Below are positions 1 through 11,858 of a stretch of 34,917 nt of DNA, piece after piece (within the stretch, counting starts at the first letter, position 1; the number at the start of each line of letters is the position of its first letter). The position numbers were made by a program, and so were the translations under genes. The stretch spans positions 1-34,917 of the forward strand of contig JBGQHJ010000034.1 in the NCBI GenBank assembly GCA_041497895.1, written 5' to 3'. This DNA comes from Candidatus Methylomirabilia bacterium (GTDB lineage: Bacteria > Methylomirabilota > Methylomirabilia > Rokubacteriales > CSP1-6). The notes under the pieces are model-generated. The model was not told the origin of the DNA and made no database searches. It worked only from the letters and a program-made list of their open reading frames with translations.

Positions 1-610
<610 letters not shown>

Positions 611-642
611 CACTATTGTCCTTTGTCCCCTCGGGCGGCGTC

Positions 643-671
643 ATTATGGCACATCTTTCACAAGGCGCCAA
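643..671 (-). promoter_or_regulatory. Putative sigma70 promoter of lipA
   Basis: TTGGCG (671-666), 17 nt spacer, then CATAAT (648-643) preceded by an extended TG. Confidence 0.5.
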
Positions 672-707
672 CCGAGGGGCCCCGTCCGCAGTCGGTCGCA
701 GCGATCC

Positions 708-1847
708 TCAGCGGTCGGGCAGGATGGCAGCGTGAGCGGTGTTGCTGATGACGTCGAGCCGGGCGCTGTGCCAGGGATCCGGAACGCGGCTGTTGGTCAG
801 GTACGCGAACGAGACCCCCGAGTCCGGATCGGCCCAGCAGTAGGACGAGCCCACCCCGCCGTGGCCGAAGGTCCGCGGCGAGGCGATGGTGCCGAGACCC
901 CGGATGCTCTCGGTGGTCCCGCGCAGGTGCGGGCCGAGGCCCCGGTGCATGGGCATGCCCATGTAGCCGTCGACCCGGTCGCCGGTGACGCTGCGCGTGA
1001 CGTACTGGACCACCCGCGGCGACAGGAGCCGCTTGCCGTTCAGCGTGCCGCCGGCGGCGAGCATCTGATAGAAGGCGGCCATCGCCCGGGCCGAGGCATA
1101 GCCTCCCCCGCCCGGCGTGCCGGCGCGGCGGAACTCCGGGTTGTTCTCCTCCGCCCGCCTGACCTGGCCAGCGCCCGAGGCCGCCGGCTCGTGCATGTCG
1201 GTCGCGCGCTCGTGGTGGGCGTCGGGCAGCCCGACGAAGAGCTCGCCGCCCAGGCCGAGCGGCTCGATCACCTGCTCGCGAATGAAGGCGCGGTAGTCGG
1301 TCTTGGTCAGGGCCTCGATCAGGACCGCGGCCACCCAGTGGGCGGCCCGGCCGTGGTAGTACACCCGCGAGCCCGGAGTCCACTCGAGCGTGAAGCCCGA
1401 GACGGCACGCCGCAGGAGCTCGTGGTCCTCCCAGGCGGCCTTGGGGACGTCGGCGGTCGGGAACCCGCCCTGGTGGCTCAGGAGCTGGACGATCGTGATG
1501 TCGCCCTTGCCGTTGGCCTCGAAGCCCGGCACGTGCTCGGCCACGCGATCGGTGAAGCGGAGCGCGCCCTGCTCGGCCAGCACCCAGATCGCGCTGGCAG
1601 TGATGACCTTCGTGTTCGAGTAGAGCAGCCAGAGCGAGTCGTCGCGGGCCGGGGTCCGCTGCGGATCGATCCGGGCCTCGCCGAAGGTCCGCAGCAGGGC
1701 GAGTTTGCCGTCGCGGGCCACCGCGATCTGGGCGCCCGGGTATCGCCCCTCGGCCAGATGGCGGGTGATCAGCTCCTGGAGGCGGTCGAGCGCGCGGGAA
1801 TCGAGTCCAAGCGACGATGGCGCGGCGGGGGTGAGGGGGAAGGACAT
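708..1847 (-). CDS. Serine hydrolase, beta-lactamase class C / family VIII esterase-like
   Basis: SxxK (YSNTK), LLSHQGG, YYH and FGHGG motifs; AGGAGG RBS upstream of ATG. Confidence 0.88.
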   Translation of the reverse strand: MSFPLTPAAPSSLGLDSRALDRLQELITRHLAEGRYPGAQIAVARDGKLALLRTFGEARIDPQRTPARDDSLWLLYSNTKVITASAIWVLAEQGALRFTDRVAEHVPGFEANGKGDITIVQLLSHQGGFPTADVPKAAWEDHELLRRAVSGFTLEWTPGSRVYYHGRAAHWVAAVLIEALTKTDYRAFIREQVIEPLGLGGELFVGLPDAHHERATDMHEPAASGAGQVRRAEENNPEFRRAGTPGGGGYASARAMAAFYQMLAAGGTLNGKRLLSPRVVQYVTRSVTGDRVDGYMGMPMHRGLGPHLRGTTESIRGLGTIASPRTFGHGGVGSSYCWADPDSGVSFAYLTNSRVPDPWHSARLDVISNTAHAAILPDR

Positions 1848-1857
1848 GGACGCCTCC

Positions 1858-2331
1858 TTACGAGGACTGCCGGAGTGAGCTGATCAGGTCCACCACGCGC
1901 AGCAGCTCGCTACCGTCGCGCACCATCTGCCGGTCGCCCGCCTGCCCCCAGCGAAGCACGCCGTCCCGATCGATCACGAACGTGGAGCGATAGGCCACGT
2001 TGCGATCGGCGTCGAGCACGCCGTAGGCGGAGATCACGGCCCGGTGCAGGTCGCTCAGTAGCGGGAACGGGAACGGGTGGGCCTTGAGAAAGGCGGTGTG
2101 GCAGAACGGGCTGTCGCCGCTGATGGCGAGGAGGACGGCGCCGCGGCGACCGAGCTCGGTGGCGGCCTGTCCCAGGCCGGTGAGCTCGGGCGTTCAGATG
2201 CCGCCGAAGTCATAGCAGTAGAAGCCGAGGACGACATCGCGCCCCCGGTATTCCCGCAGCGAGATCGGGCGGCCCTCGGTGCTGGGCAGCTCGAAATCCG
2301 GCGCGGCCTGTCCCCACTTGAGCGTGGTCAC
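1858..2331 (-). CDS. Peroxiredoxin (AhpC/TSA, AhpE-like), probable selenoprotein, 157 aa with Sec46
   Basis: GTG at 2331 with GGAG RBS. Translation MTTLKWGQAAPDFELPSTEGRPISLREYRGRDVVLGFYCYDFGGI[UGA 2196-2194]TPELTG...AISGDSPFCHTAF...FPFPLLSDLHRAVISAYGV...RSTFVIDRDGVLRW...TAA(1858). Prx motifs lie on both sides of the UGA in the same frame. Confidence 0.88.
2150..2189 (-). promoter_or_regulatory. Bacterial SECIS-like hairpin
   Basis: CCGAGCTC/GAGCTCGG 8-bp lower stem, GGCCTG/CAGGCC upper stem, GGA apical loop 21 nt after the in-frame UGA. Confidence 0.75.
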
Positions 2332-2381
2332 GCTGCGGTCTCCGAGGAGGGTGAGCTGCCGGTTAGAGGGCTCTCGATGAC

Positions 2382-2466
<85 letters not shown>

Positions 2467-2480
2467 GCCGGCGAGGGCAC

Positions 2481-2510
2481 AGTATGCCGTGCCCTCGCGA
2501 GCCTTGTCAA
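2481..2510 (-). promoter_or_regulatory. sigma70 promoter of tRNA-Leu
   Basis: TTGACA (2510-2505), 18 nt spacer, then CATACT (2486-2481), about 15 nt upstream of the tRNA. Confidence 0.65.
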
Positions 2511-2513
2511 TCT

Positions 2514-2601
2514 GGGGTCAGGTCCTACATTCCGACATTTTCGCCGCGCGAGACCCGGTCGGCCGCACCCGAAAAAATGTCGGAATGTAAGACCTGACCC
2601 C
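2514..2601. repeat. Long inverted repeat (28-bp arms, 1 mismatch), REP/MITE-like
   Basis: GGGGTCAGGTCCTACATTCCGACATTTT (2514-2541) versus AAAATGTCGGAATGTAAGACCTGACCCC (2574-2601), 32-nt spacer, AT-richer than flanks. Confidence 0.85.
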
Positions 2602-2602
2602 G

Positions 2603-3496
2603 TCAGCGGCCGAGGCGGAGGATGCGGCCGACGCGGGACTGGCGCAGGCGCGGGTCGAGCGCGTCGCGGATGCCCTCGCCCATGAGGTTGTAGGAGAGCA
2701 CCGTGATCAGGATGGCCAGGCCGGGGTAGAGGGTCAGCCACCAGGCGATCTCGATGTAGTCCCGCCCGTCGTTGAGGATGTTCCCCCACGTGGCGAAGGG
2801 CGGCTGGACGCCCAGGCCCAGGAAGGACAGGCCGGCCTCGGTCAGGATGGCGGCGGGAATGCCGAGAGTCATGGCGACCAGGATCGGCGCGATCGCATTG
2901 GGCAGGATGTGGCGGAAGACGATGCGCATGGCGCCCGCCCCGATCGACTCCGACCAGATGACGAACTCCCGCTCCCGCAGGGTCAGGAACTCCGCGCGCA
3001 CGAGCCGCGCCACCCCCATCCAGCCGGTGACGCCGATGACGGTCATGATGGTCCAGATGGAGGGCTTGAGGAAGGCGAGCACGGCCAGCAGGAGGAAGAA
3101 GCGGGGGAAGACCAGCATCAGGTCCACCAGTCGCATCACCACGTTGTCGACCATCCCGCCGTGGTAGCCGGCGGCCGCCCCCAGCAGCACCCCGATGATC
3201 GCCGCGATGCCCACCGAGACGAACCCCACCGCGAGCGACACCCGCGAGCCGTAGAGCACGCGCGAGAGCACGTCCCGACCGAGCGGATCGGTGCCGAACC
3301 AGTGGCTGCTCGACGGGGGGGACAGGATCTTGCGAGTGTCGGGACGGTTCGGATCCCAGGGAGCCAGCACCGGCGCGAGCACGGCCAGGACCACCAGCAC
3401 CCCGACCACCGCGCCGCCGCACATCGCGAGCTGGTTCCGGGAGAAGGTGCGCCAGAACTGGCGCATTTCGCCGCGGCGCATCTTGCCGGCCGCCAC
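2603..3496 (-). CDS. Oligopeptide/dipeptide ABC transporter permease (OppC/DppC family)
   Basis: HWFGTDPLGRDVLSR, EAA-loop region, HILPN, EAGLSFLGLG, GIRDALDPR. The start could be the ATG at 3466. Confidence 0.93.
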   Translation of the reverse strand: MAAGKMRRGEMRQFWRTFSRNQLAMCGGAVVGVLVVLAVLAPVLAPWDPNRPDTRKILSPPSSSHWFGTDPLGRDVLSRVLYGSRVSLAVGFVSVGIAAIIGVLLGAAAGYHGGMVDNVVMRLVDLMLVFPRFFLLLAVLAFLKPSIWTIMTVIGVTGWMGVARLVRAEFLTLREREFVIWSESIGAGAMRIVFRHILPNAIAPILVAMTLGIPAAILTEAGLSFLGLGVQPPFATWGNILNDGRDYIEIAWWLTLYPGLAILITVLSYNLMGEGIRDALDPRLRQSRVGRILRLGR

Positions 3497-4489
3497 CTAG
3501 CGCCTCCCCCGGCGGCCGCCGAGGCGGATGCGCGGGTCCACGAGCCCGTAGGTGATGTCGGCCACCAGGTTGGCCACCAGGGTCAGGCTCGCCACGATGA
3601 CCAGGTTGCCCATCACCACCGGGTAGTCGCGCGAGAAGACGGACTGGACCATGAGCTGGCCCATGCCCGGGATCGCGAAGATGGACTCGATGATCACGCT
3701 GCCGCCGATGAGGCCCGGCAGGGCCAGGGCCAGGATCGTGACCACCGGGAGCAGCGCGTTGCGCAGGGCGTGCTTGCTGAGCACGACGCGCTCCGAGAGG
3801 CCCTTGGCCCGCGCGGTCTGCACGTAGTCCTGACGCACCACCTCGAGCATGCTCTGACGCATGTAGCGCGAGAAGCCGGCGAGCCCGCCGAAGGTGGCGA
3901 CCACGATGGGCAGGACCAGGTGGGCGAAGAAGTCCCACTGCTGCTGCCAGAACGAGAGGTACTCCCAGTTGAGCGAGCGCAGGCCCGAGATCGGGAGCCA
4001 GCCGAGCTGCACCCCGAAGAGGATCATCAGCAGGAGCGCGAGCCAGAAGTCCGGGGTGGCGAAGCCCACGAAGACGAAGACGGTGGTGATCTTGTCGTAG
4101 AGCGAGTACTGGCGGGTCGCCGAGAGCACCCCGATGGGCACCGCGAGTCCCACGATGATCGCCAGCTCGATCAGGTTGAGGAACAGGGTGACCGGCAGTC
4201 GCTCCCCGATCTTGCTGAGGACCGGCCGCCCGTCGGGGAGGAACGAGCGCCCGAAGTCGAGCCGGACCGCGCGCTTGAGCCACTGCCAGTACTGCACGTG
4301 GATCGGCCGGTCGAGCCCGAACTCCTTGATGAGCCGCTCCTTCACCTCCGGCGAGGCGTTGGGGTCCTCCGGGGTCAGGAAGTCGAGGGGGCCGCCGGGG
4401 GCCAGGCTGATGACCATGTAGGACACGAAGGTGATGCCGACCAGGAGGGGGATCGAGAGCAGGAGCCGCCGGAGGGCGAAGAGCGCCAT
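3497..4489 (-). CDS. Oligopeptide/dipeptide ABC transporter permease (OppB/DppB family)
   Basis: APGGP, FGLDRP, DFGRS, DYVQTARAKGL, HALRNAL, RDYPVV, DPRIR. Confidence 0.94.
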   Translation of the reverse strand: MALFALRRLLLSIPLLVGITFVSYMVISLAPGGPLDFLTPEDPNASPEVKERLIKEFGLDRPIHVQYWQWLKRAVRLDFGRSFLPDGRPVLSKIGERLPVTLFLNLIELAIIVGLAVPIGVLSATRQYSLYDKITTVFVFVGFATPDFWLALLLMILFGVQLGWLPISGLRSLNWEYLSFWQQQWDFFAHLVLPIVVATFGGLAGFSRYMRQSMLEVVRQDYVQTARAKGLSERVVLSKHALRNALLPVVTILALALPGLIGGSVIIESIFAIPGMGQLMVQSVFSRDYPVVMGNLVIVASLTLVANLVADITYGLVDPRIRLGGRRGRR

Positions 4490-6151
4490 CTAGCCAGAGG
4501 TATAGCGCTGCTGGGTCTTCGGCACGTACCACTCGTTGAAGTTGTACATGATGCCGGAGGGGGACGGGGTCACTCCCCGGACGCGTGAGGCCACCACCGG
4601 CAGCAGGTCGCGATAGTAGAGGAAGATCATCGGCAGATCCCCGGCCAGGATCTCCTGGATCCGGTGGTAGTACTTGACCCGCTCGTTCTGCGAGCACGAC
4701 ATGCGCCCGGCCTCCAGGAGCCGGTCCACCTCCGGGTTGTCGTACCCGGTGCGGTTCATCTGATCGGGCCCTCGTTGCGAGGAGTGCCAGACCACGAACT
4801 GGTCGGGGTCGGTGCCGGTGCCGAGCCCGAGCACCACCACCTCGAAGCGGCGGGGCTTCACGAACTCCTTGATGAACGCGGCCCACTCGATGAGCTGGAT
4901 GTCGGCCTGGATGCCGATCTCCTTCAGGCGCTGCTGGAGGATCTCGGCGATCTTCTTCCGCTCGTCGTTGCCCTGATTGGTCCGGATCGTCAGGGTGAAC
5001 GGCTTGCCGGTGGGGTCCTCGATGACGCCGTCGCCGTCCCGATCTTTCCACCCCGCCTCCGCGAGCAGGGCCTTGGCCTTCTCGGGATCGTAGTCGAAGC
5101 GCGGGACCTTGTCGGTGTAGGCCCACGTCCCAGGGCGGATCGGCCCGATGGCCTCGCGGGCGAGCCCGAGCCGCACCCCGTCGATCAGCTCCTGCTTGTT
5201 GATCGCGTGGGCGAAGGCCTGGCGCACCCGTCGGTCGGCGAAGCGCGGATCCTTGAGATTGAAGCCGAGGAACGTGTAGTCGCTCGCCGGGTAGCGGAAC
5301 TTGTGGTAGGCCTTGCGGAACGCGGGGTATTCGGTCTGTCGCGCGTACTGGATGCCGGTGAGGGTGTTCACGTAGTCGACGCCGTTGGCCTTCAGCTCGA
5401 GAAAGATGGTGGCCTGGCTCGGGATCACCCGGTACACGATGCGGCTCAGATACGGACGGCCCTCGTAGTAGTCCGGGTTCGCGACCAGCACCACCTTCTC
5501 CCCCGGCTTCCACTCCTGGAAGCGATAGGGGCCGGTCCCGACCGGCCGGCTGTTCTGAGGCGACTCCCGGAGCGTGCCCGCGTCCGCGAACGACTGGAGC
5601 AGGTGCTTGGGCAGGATGGACGTCCCCCACGTCTCGACCGCGCGCGCGTAGGGCTTGTCGTAGTGCACCCGCACCGTGTAGGGATCCGGCGCGTCCACGC
5701 TCTTCACGAGCAGGAAGCCCTCCTTGAAGGGCGCGGGGGTCTTCGGGTTGATCATGGCCTCGTAGGTGAAGACCACGTCGGCGGCGGTGAACGGGTAGCC
5801 GTCGTGCCACTTGATGTCGCGTCGTAGCTTGAAGGTGAGGTCGAGGCAGTCCCGACTGTACGTCCACGACTGGGCCATGGCGGGGGCCAGGTTGAGGTCC
5901 TTGTCCGTCTTGACGAGCCCGTCGTAGATCAACCCGCCCACCTCGTAGGAGGACTGATCGGACGTGAGGGTCGGGATCAGCCCGCCGATGTCGCCGATGG
6001 ACGCCTCGATGAAGGTATCGCCGTAAGCCGGGGGGCCGGCGGCCGCGCTCTCGTCCGGGCGGCTATCGATGGGGCCGTTGCACGCCGCCGCGAGACCCAG
6101 ACCCCCGGCCCAGGCCAGCAGGGCGCGAACGCGTGCGCGACGGCTCCGCAT
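4490..6151 (-). CDS. Peptide ABC transporter substrate-binding lipoprotein (family 5)
   Basis: Lipobox-like LAAAC after a signal peptide; KWHDGYPFTAADVVFT, PVGTGPY, DRRVRQAFAHAIN. Confidence 0.93.
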   Translation of the reverse strand: MRSRRARVRALLAWAGGLGLAAACNGPIDSRPDESAAAGPPAYGDTFIEASIGDIGGLIPTLTSDQSSYEVGGLIYDGLVKTDKDLNLAPAMAQSWTYSRDCLDLTFKLRRDIKWHDGYPFTAADVVFTYEAMINPKTPAPFKEGFLLVKSVDAPDPYTVRVHYDKPYARAVETWGTSILPKHLLQSFADAGTLRESPQNSRPVGTGPYRFQEWKPGEKVVLVANPDYYEGRPYLSRIVYRVIPSQATIFLELKANGVDYVNTLTGIQYARQTEYPAFRKAYHKFRYPASDYTFLGFNLKDPRFADRRVRQAFAHAINKQELIDGVRLGLAREAIGPIRPGTWAYTDKVPRFDYDPEKAKALLAEAGWKDRDGDGVIEDPTGKPFTLTIRTNQGNDERKKIAEILQQRLKEIGIQADIQLIEWAAFIKEFVKPRRFEVVVLGLGTGTDPDQFVVWHSSQRGPDQMNRTGYDNPEVDRLLEAGRMSCSQNERVKYYHRIQEILAGDLPMIFLYYRDLLPVVASRVRGVTPSPSGIMYNFNEWYVPKTQQRYTSG

Positions 6152-6162
6152 CGCGACGCTGA

Positions 6163-6483
6163 CTACTTCTGGGGCGCGGGCGTGACGGGCGGAGTCGCCG
6201 GCGTCGCGGGCGCGGGCACGGTCGGGCCCGCCGCGGGCATGATGCTCACCGCCCGATTGTGCGCCATCATCGACAGGGCGAACGAGGTCACCATGAAGGC
6301 GATCGCCACCACCGAGGTGGCCTTGCCGAGGACGGTGGGCGTGCCCATGGAGCCGAACACGGCCTGGCTACCGCTGCCGCCGAAGGCGGAGCCGATGTCG
6401 GCGCCCTTGCCGGCCTGCAGCAGCACCAGGCCGACGATGACCAGGCACACGATGACGTGGACGATCACGACCAGGATGAACAT
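6163..6483 (-). CDS. secG: Preprotein translocase subunit SecG
   Basis: True start is ATG 6483 within the longer ORF: MFILVVIVHVIVCLVIVGLVLLQAGKGADIGSAFGGSGSQAVFG; follows tpiA. Confidence 0.95.
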   Translation of the reverse strand: MFILVVIVHVIVCLVIVGLVLLQAGKGADIGSAFGGSGSQAVFGSMGTPTVLGKATSVVAIAFMVTSFALSMMAHNRAVSIMPAAGPTVPAPATPATPPVTPAPQK

Positions 6484-6491
6484 GGGGGGCT

Positions 6492-7271
6492 CTACTCCTT
6501 CGAAGCGCCGCTCCGGGCGGCGGACTTCTTCGCGATGGTGATGAAGCCGGGCGCCTGGAGACTGGCCCCTCCCACCAGGACGCCGTCGATGTCCGGCTCC
6601 TGGGTGAGCGCCTGGGCGTTGTCGGGCTTGACGCTGCCGCCGTACAGGATCCGCATCGACTGGGCCAGCTCCTTGGACGCGACCTCCGACACGAGACCGC
6701 GGAGGTAGCCGTGCACCTCGGCGGCCTGGGCGGGGGTCGCGTTGACCCCGGTGCCGATGGCCCAGACCGGCTCGTAGGCGAGCACGCACCGCGCGAGGTC
6801 GTCGGCCGAGAGGCCCACCCACCCGGCGCGGAGCTGTCCCTCCACCACCGTGAAGGTCAGACCCTGGCGTCGCTCCGCGTCCGTCTCCCCCACGCACAGC
6901 ACCGGGCGCATCCCGTGGCGCAGGGCGGCCACGACCTTGCGGTTGATCTCCTCGTCGGTTTCCCGGAACACGTGTCGCCGCTCCGAGTGCCCGACCAGGA
7001 CCCAGCGGCAGCCCAGCTCGGCGAGCATGGCGGGCGAGATCTCGCCGGTGAAGGCGCCCTGCGCCTCCCAGTGGCAGTTCTGCGCGCCGAGCGCGACCGC
7101 GGCGCCCTTCAGCACCTCGGCCACCGCGGCCAGCGCGGTGAAGGGCGGGCACACCACGACCTCGACCCCGCGCGGCCGCTTGAGCCCGTCGCGGATCGAC
7201 TGGGCAAGGTCGCGCGCCACGTCCTGCGTGCCGTGCATCTTCCAGTTGCCGACGACGAGCGGGGTGCGCAT
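6492..7271 (-). CDS. tpiA: Triosephosphate isomerase
   Basis: ATG 7271: MRTPLVVGNWKMHG, GHSERRH, AYEPVWAIGTG, LYGGSVK, LVGGASL. Confidence 0.97.
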   Translation of the reverse strand: MRTPLVVGNWKMHGTQDVARDLAQSIRDGLKRPRGVEVVVCPPFTALAAVAEVLKGAAVALGAQNCHWEAQGAFTGEISPAMLAELGCRWVLVGHSERRHVFRETDEEINRKVVAALRHGMRPVLCVGETDAERRQGLTFTVVEGQLRAGWVGLSADDLARCVLAYEPVWAIGTGVNATPAQAAEVHGYLRGLVSEVASKELAQSMRILYGGSVKPDNAQALTQEPDIDGVLVGGASLQAPGFITIAKKSAARSGASKE

Positions 7272-8458
7272 CAGGCCGCGTCGTCGAGGGCGGCCACGCC
7301 GGGCAGCACGCGACCTTCCAGGAACTCGAGGAACGCGCCGCCCGCGGTCGACACGTAGCCGATCCGGTTCATCACGCCCGCCTGCTGCACCGCCGCGATC
7401 GTATCGCCGCCGCCGATGACCGAGAACGCGCCGGACTCCGCCACCGCGCGAGCCACCCCGAGGGTGCCGGCCGCGAAGGCGGGCTTCTCGAAGACGCCCA
7501 TGGGGCCGTTCCAGACGATGGTCCGCGCGCCCCGGAGGGCGGTGGCGAACTGGGTGACGGTGGCCGGGCCGATGTCGAGGCCCATCAGGTCGTCCGGGAT
7601 CTCCCGGATGCCGACGGTGCGGAGGCCGCTCGTCGCGTCGAGGCCCGGGGCCGCCACCACGTCCACCGGCAGGCGAAGCGGGATGCCGGCCGCGCGGGCC
7701 CGCTCCACGATCGTGCGCGCCGCCTCGACCCGGTCCGGCTCGAGGAGCGAGCGCCCGACGCCGTGCCCGAGCGCCTTGAGGAACGTGAAGGCCATCCCGC
7801 CGCCGATCGCGATCCCGTCCACGCGGGCCAGCAGGTGCTCGACCAGGCCCAGCTTGTCCGAGACCTTGGCGCCGCCCAGCACGGCCCAGATCGGTCGCTC
7901 GGGCCGCTCGAAGATCCGGGCCAGGGCGTCCAGCTCGCGCGCCATGAGCAGGCCGGCCGCGGCCGGCTTCAGGAAGCGGGTGATGGCCGCGATCGAGGCG
8001 TGCGCCCGGTGGGCCGCCGCGAAGGCGTCGTCGACGTAGACGTCCGCGAGCGCGGCCAGGGAGCGGGCGAAGCCCTCGTCGTTGGCCTCCTCCTCCGCGT
8101 GGTACCGCAGATTCTCCAGCAGCACGACCTCTCCGGGCCGGAGGGCGCGGGCGCGCTCCTCGACCTCCGGTCCCACGCAATCGGGCAGGAGCGTCACCGG
8201 CCGCGCCAGGACGGACTGCAGGCGCTCCGCGACCGGCCGCAGCGAGTACTTCGGATCCGGCTTGCCCTTGGGGCGGCCGAGATGGGAGGCGAGCACGAGC
8301 GAGGCGCCCCGGTCCAGGCAGCACGACATGGTCGGCAGCACCGCGGTGATCCGGGTGTCGTCGGTCACGCGCTCGCCGTCCAGGGGGACGTTGAAATCCG
8401 CCCGCAGGAAGACGCGCTTCCCCCCGAGGTCCACCTGATCGACGACGAGCTTCGCCAC
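7271..8458 (-). CDS. pgk: Phosphoglycerate kinase
   Basis: RADFNVPL, SHLGRPKG, LENLRY, GGAKVSDK, WNGPMGVFE, STAGGAFLEFLEG. Confidence 0.97.
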   Translation of the reverse strand: MAKLVVDQVDLGGKRVFLRADFNVPLDGERVTDDTRITAVLPTMSCCLDRGASLVLASHLGRPKGKPDPKYSLRPVAERLQSVLARPVTLLPDCVGPEVEERARALRPGEVVLLENLRYHAEEEANDEGFARSLAALADVYVDDAFAAAHRAHASIAAITRFLKPAAAGLLMARELDALARIFERPERPIWAVLGGAKVSDKLGLVEHLLARVDGIAIGGGMAFTFLKALGHGVGRSLLEPDRVEAARTIVERARAAGIPLRLPVDVVAAPGLDATSGLRTVGIREIPDDLMGLDIGPATVTQFATALRGARTIVWNGPMGVFEKPAFAAGTLGVARAVAESGAFSVIGGGDTIAAVQQAGVMNRIGYVSTAGGAFLEFLEGRVLPGVAALDDAA

Positions 8459-8477
8459 GGCGTGGAGCGGCCGCGCG

Positions 8478-10404
<1,927 letters not shown>

Positions 10405-11412
10405 GACGGGCAACGGTCGATCCAGCGCGGATGCAGCGCGCCGCACGCCCCGCAGTGATGCGGCCACTGGACGCTGTCGCTCAGGCGAAGCGCGCGCCGG
10501 TACTCCTCCATCGCGTCGCGGAACTGGCCGCGGCGCTCGAGGATCGCGCCCAGGTACGCGTGGATGAGCGGGAGATCGGCCGCCCGCACCTCCATCTTCT
10601 GGAACTGCTCCGCGGCCTCGTCCAGCATCGCCAGCTCGAAGTACACGCGCCCGAGCCCGAAAGCGAGCGCGAGGTTGTCCGGGTGGCGATCGAGGGCGTT
10701 CCGGTAGAGCGAGATCATGCGGGTGGGCCGGCCCTCCTCGCGGTGCCGCTGCTCGATGCGGGCGAGCACCGGCAGCGCGGGCTGCGGGGCCTCCGCGGCC
10801 CGCTCCCAGACCCGGAGCGCGTCCCGCGGCTCGCCCGCCTTGAGGTGCGCTTCGCCGAGCAGCAGGGCGGCGGGCACGAAGTCCGGCTGCACCCGCAGCA
10901 CCTCCTTGAGCTGCGACGTCGCGCCCGCGAGATCACCCCGCTCGAGCCGCTCCCGGCCGATCTCGTAGTGGAGCCCAGCCAGAATCGCCTCCTCGGCGCC
11001 CTTCTCCTCCCGCGAAACCGTGGGCAGGAGCTGGGTCTGGGCCGCGAGGGCCTCGGCCCAGCAGCGGCGCTCGATCAGCGCGTCGCGGCCAGCGCGAGCG
11101 GGCAGCTGCGCGGGGCCGCGGAGCGGAGCGACCACCTCCGCGCGCGGAGCGACCGCGGGTCGCGGCGGCTCCACCACGCCGGGCGCGTACGAGCGGGTCA
11201 GGTCGCGCAGCAGCCCGAGCACCAGCGCGAGCGCCGCGCCCGCCCCGAACACGCCCACCACCAGGGCCATGAGCGGCACGTCGACCGCCCAGTCGCCGCC
11301 CAGGGCCAGGCGCACTCGGGTCGGGTTGATCGAAGCGAGGTAGGTGACGAGGATGGCGAAGAGCAGACCGACGACGAGACCCAGGCGGATCGACACGGAG
11401 GGAGGGGCGACG

Positions 11413-11778
11413 CTACCGCGCAGCGGTGCGCTCTTCCTCTTCGACCGCGCGCTGGCACTCGATGCAGTAGCGCGCGAACGGCAGCGCCTCCAGGCGCTTC
11501 TCGGAGATCGGCTCGCCGCAGCGCTCGCAATCGCCGAAGCCGCCCTCGCTGATCTTCTGCAGGGCCAGCACGACCTCCTTCAGGAGCCGCCGGTCCCCGT
11601 TGCCCAGCTCGAAGAGGAATTCACGATTGTAGGCAGAGGAGGCCTGGTCGCCCAGATCCTTGATGGAGTCGTCCTCGGGGCCCTTGCCGTAGAGCACGTT
11701 CCTGCCCACTTCCTCGACGAGCTGGCGATGCTTCTCCTCCAGCTTCTTGCGGTAGTGGACCAAGCGATCTTTCTTCAT
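11413..11778 (-). CDS. dksA: DksA/TraR family C4 zinc-finger protein
   Basis: DxxDxA (DLGDQA) coiled-coil tip; CERC...RLEALPFARYCIEC. Confidence 0.85.
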   Translation of the reverse strand: MKKDRLVHYRKKLEEKHRQLVEEVGRNVLYGKGPEDDSIKDLGDQASSAYNREFLFELGNGDRRLLKEVVLALQKISEGGFGDCERCGEPISEKRLEALPFARYCIECQRAVEEEERTAAR

Positions 11779-11817
11779 CGTGACCTCCTTGCCACGCGGC
11801 TTCGCCGCTAGTCGCGC

Positions 11818-11846
11818 AGGCTACCATGGGGTCTACGGCAAAGCAA
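11818..11846 (-). promoter_or_regulatory. Putative promoter of the dksA-lapB-like-comF unit
   Basis: TTGCTT (11846-11841), 17 nt spacer, then TAGCCT (11823-11818) with an extended TG. Confidence 0.45.
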
Positions 11847-11858
11847 TCCCGGGCAGCC

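Noticed and set aside
1858..2331. Peroxiredoxin pseudogene
   Set aside because: The only interruption is UGA at the catalytic position, followed by a SECIS-like hairpin, and there are no frameshifts.
6163..8324. Apparent long N-terminal extensions or fusions on secG and tpiA (also rodA, mrdA, ppa, csoR, csp)
   Set aside because: The extensions are alternate-frame read-ins over upstream genes; true starts are at the conserved N-termini.
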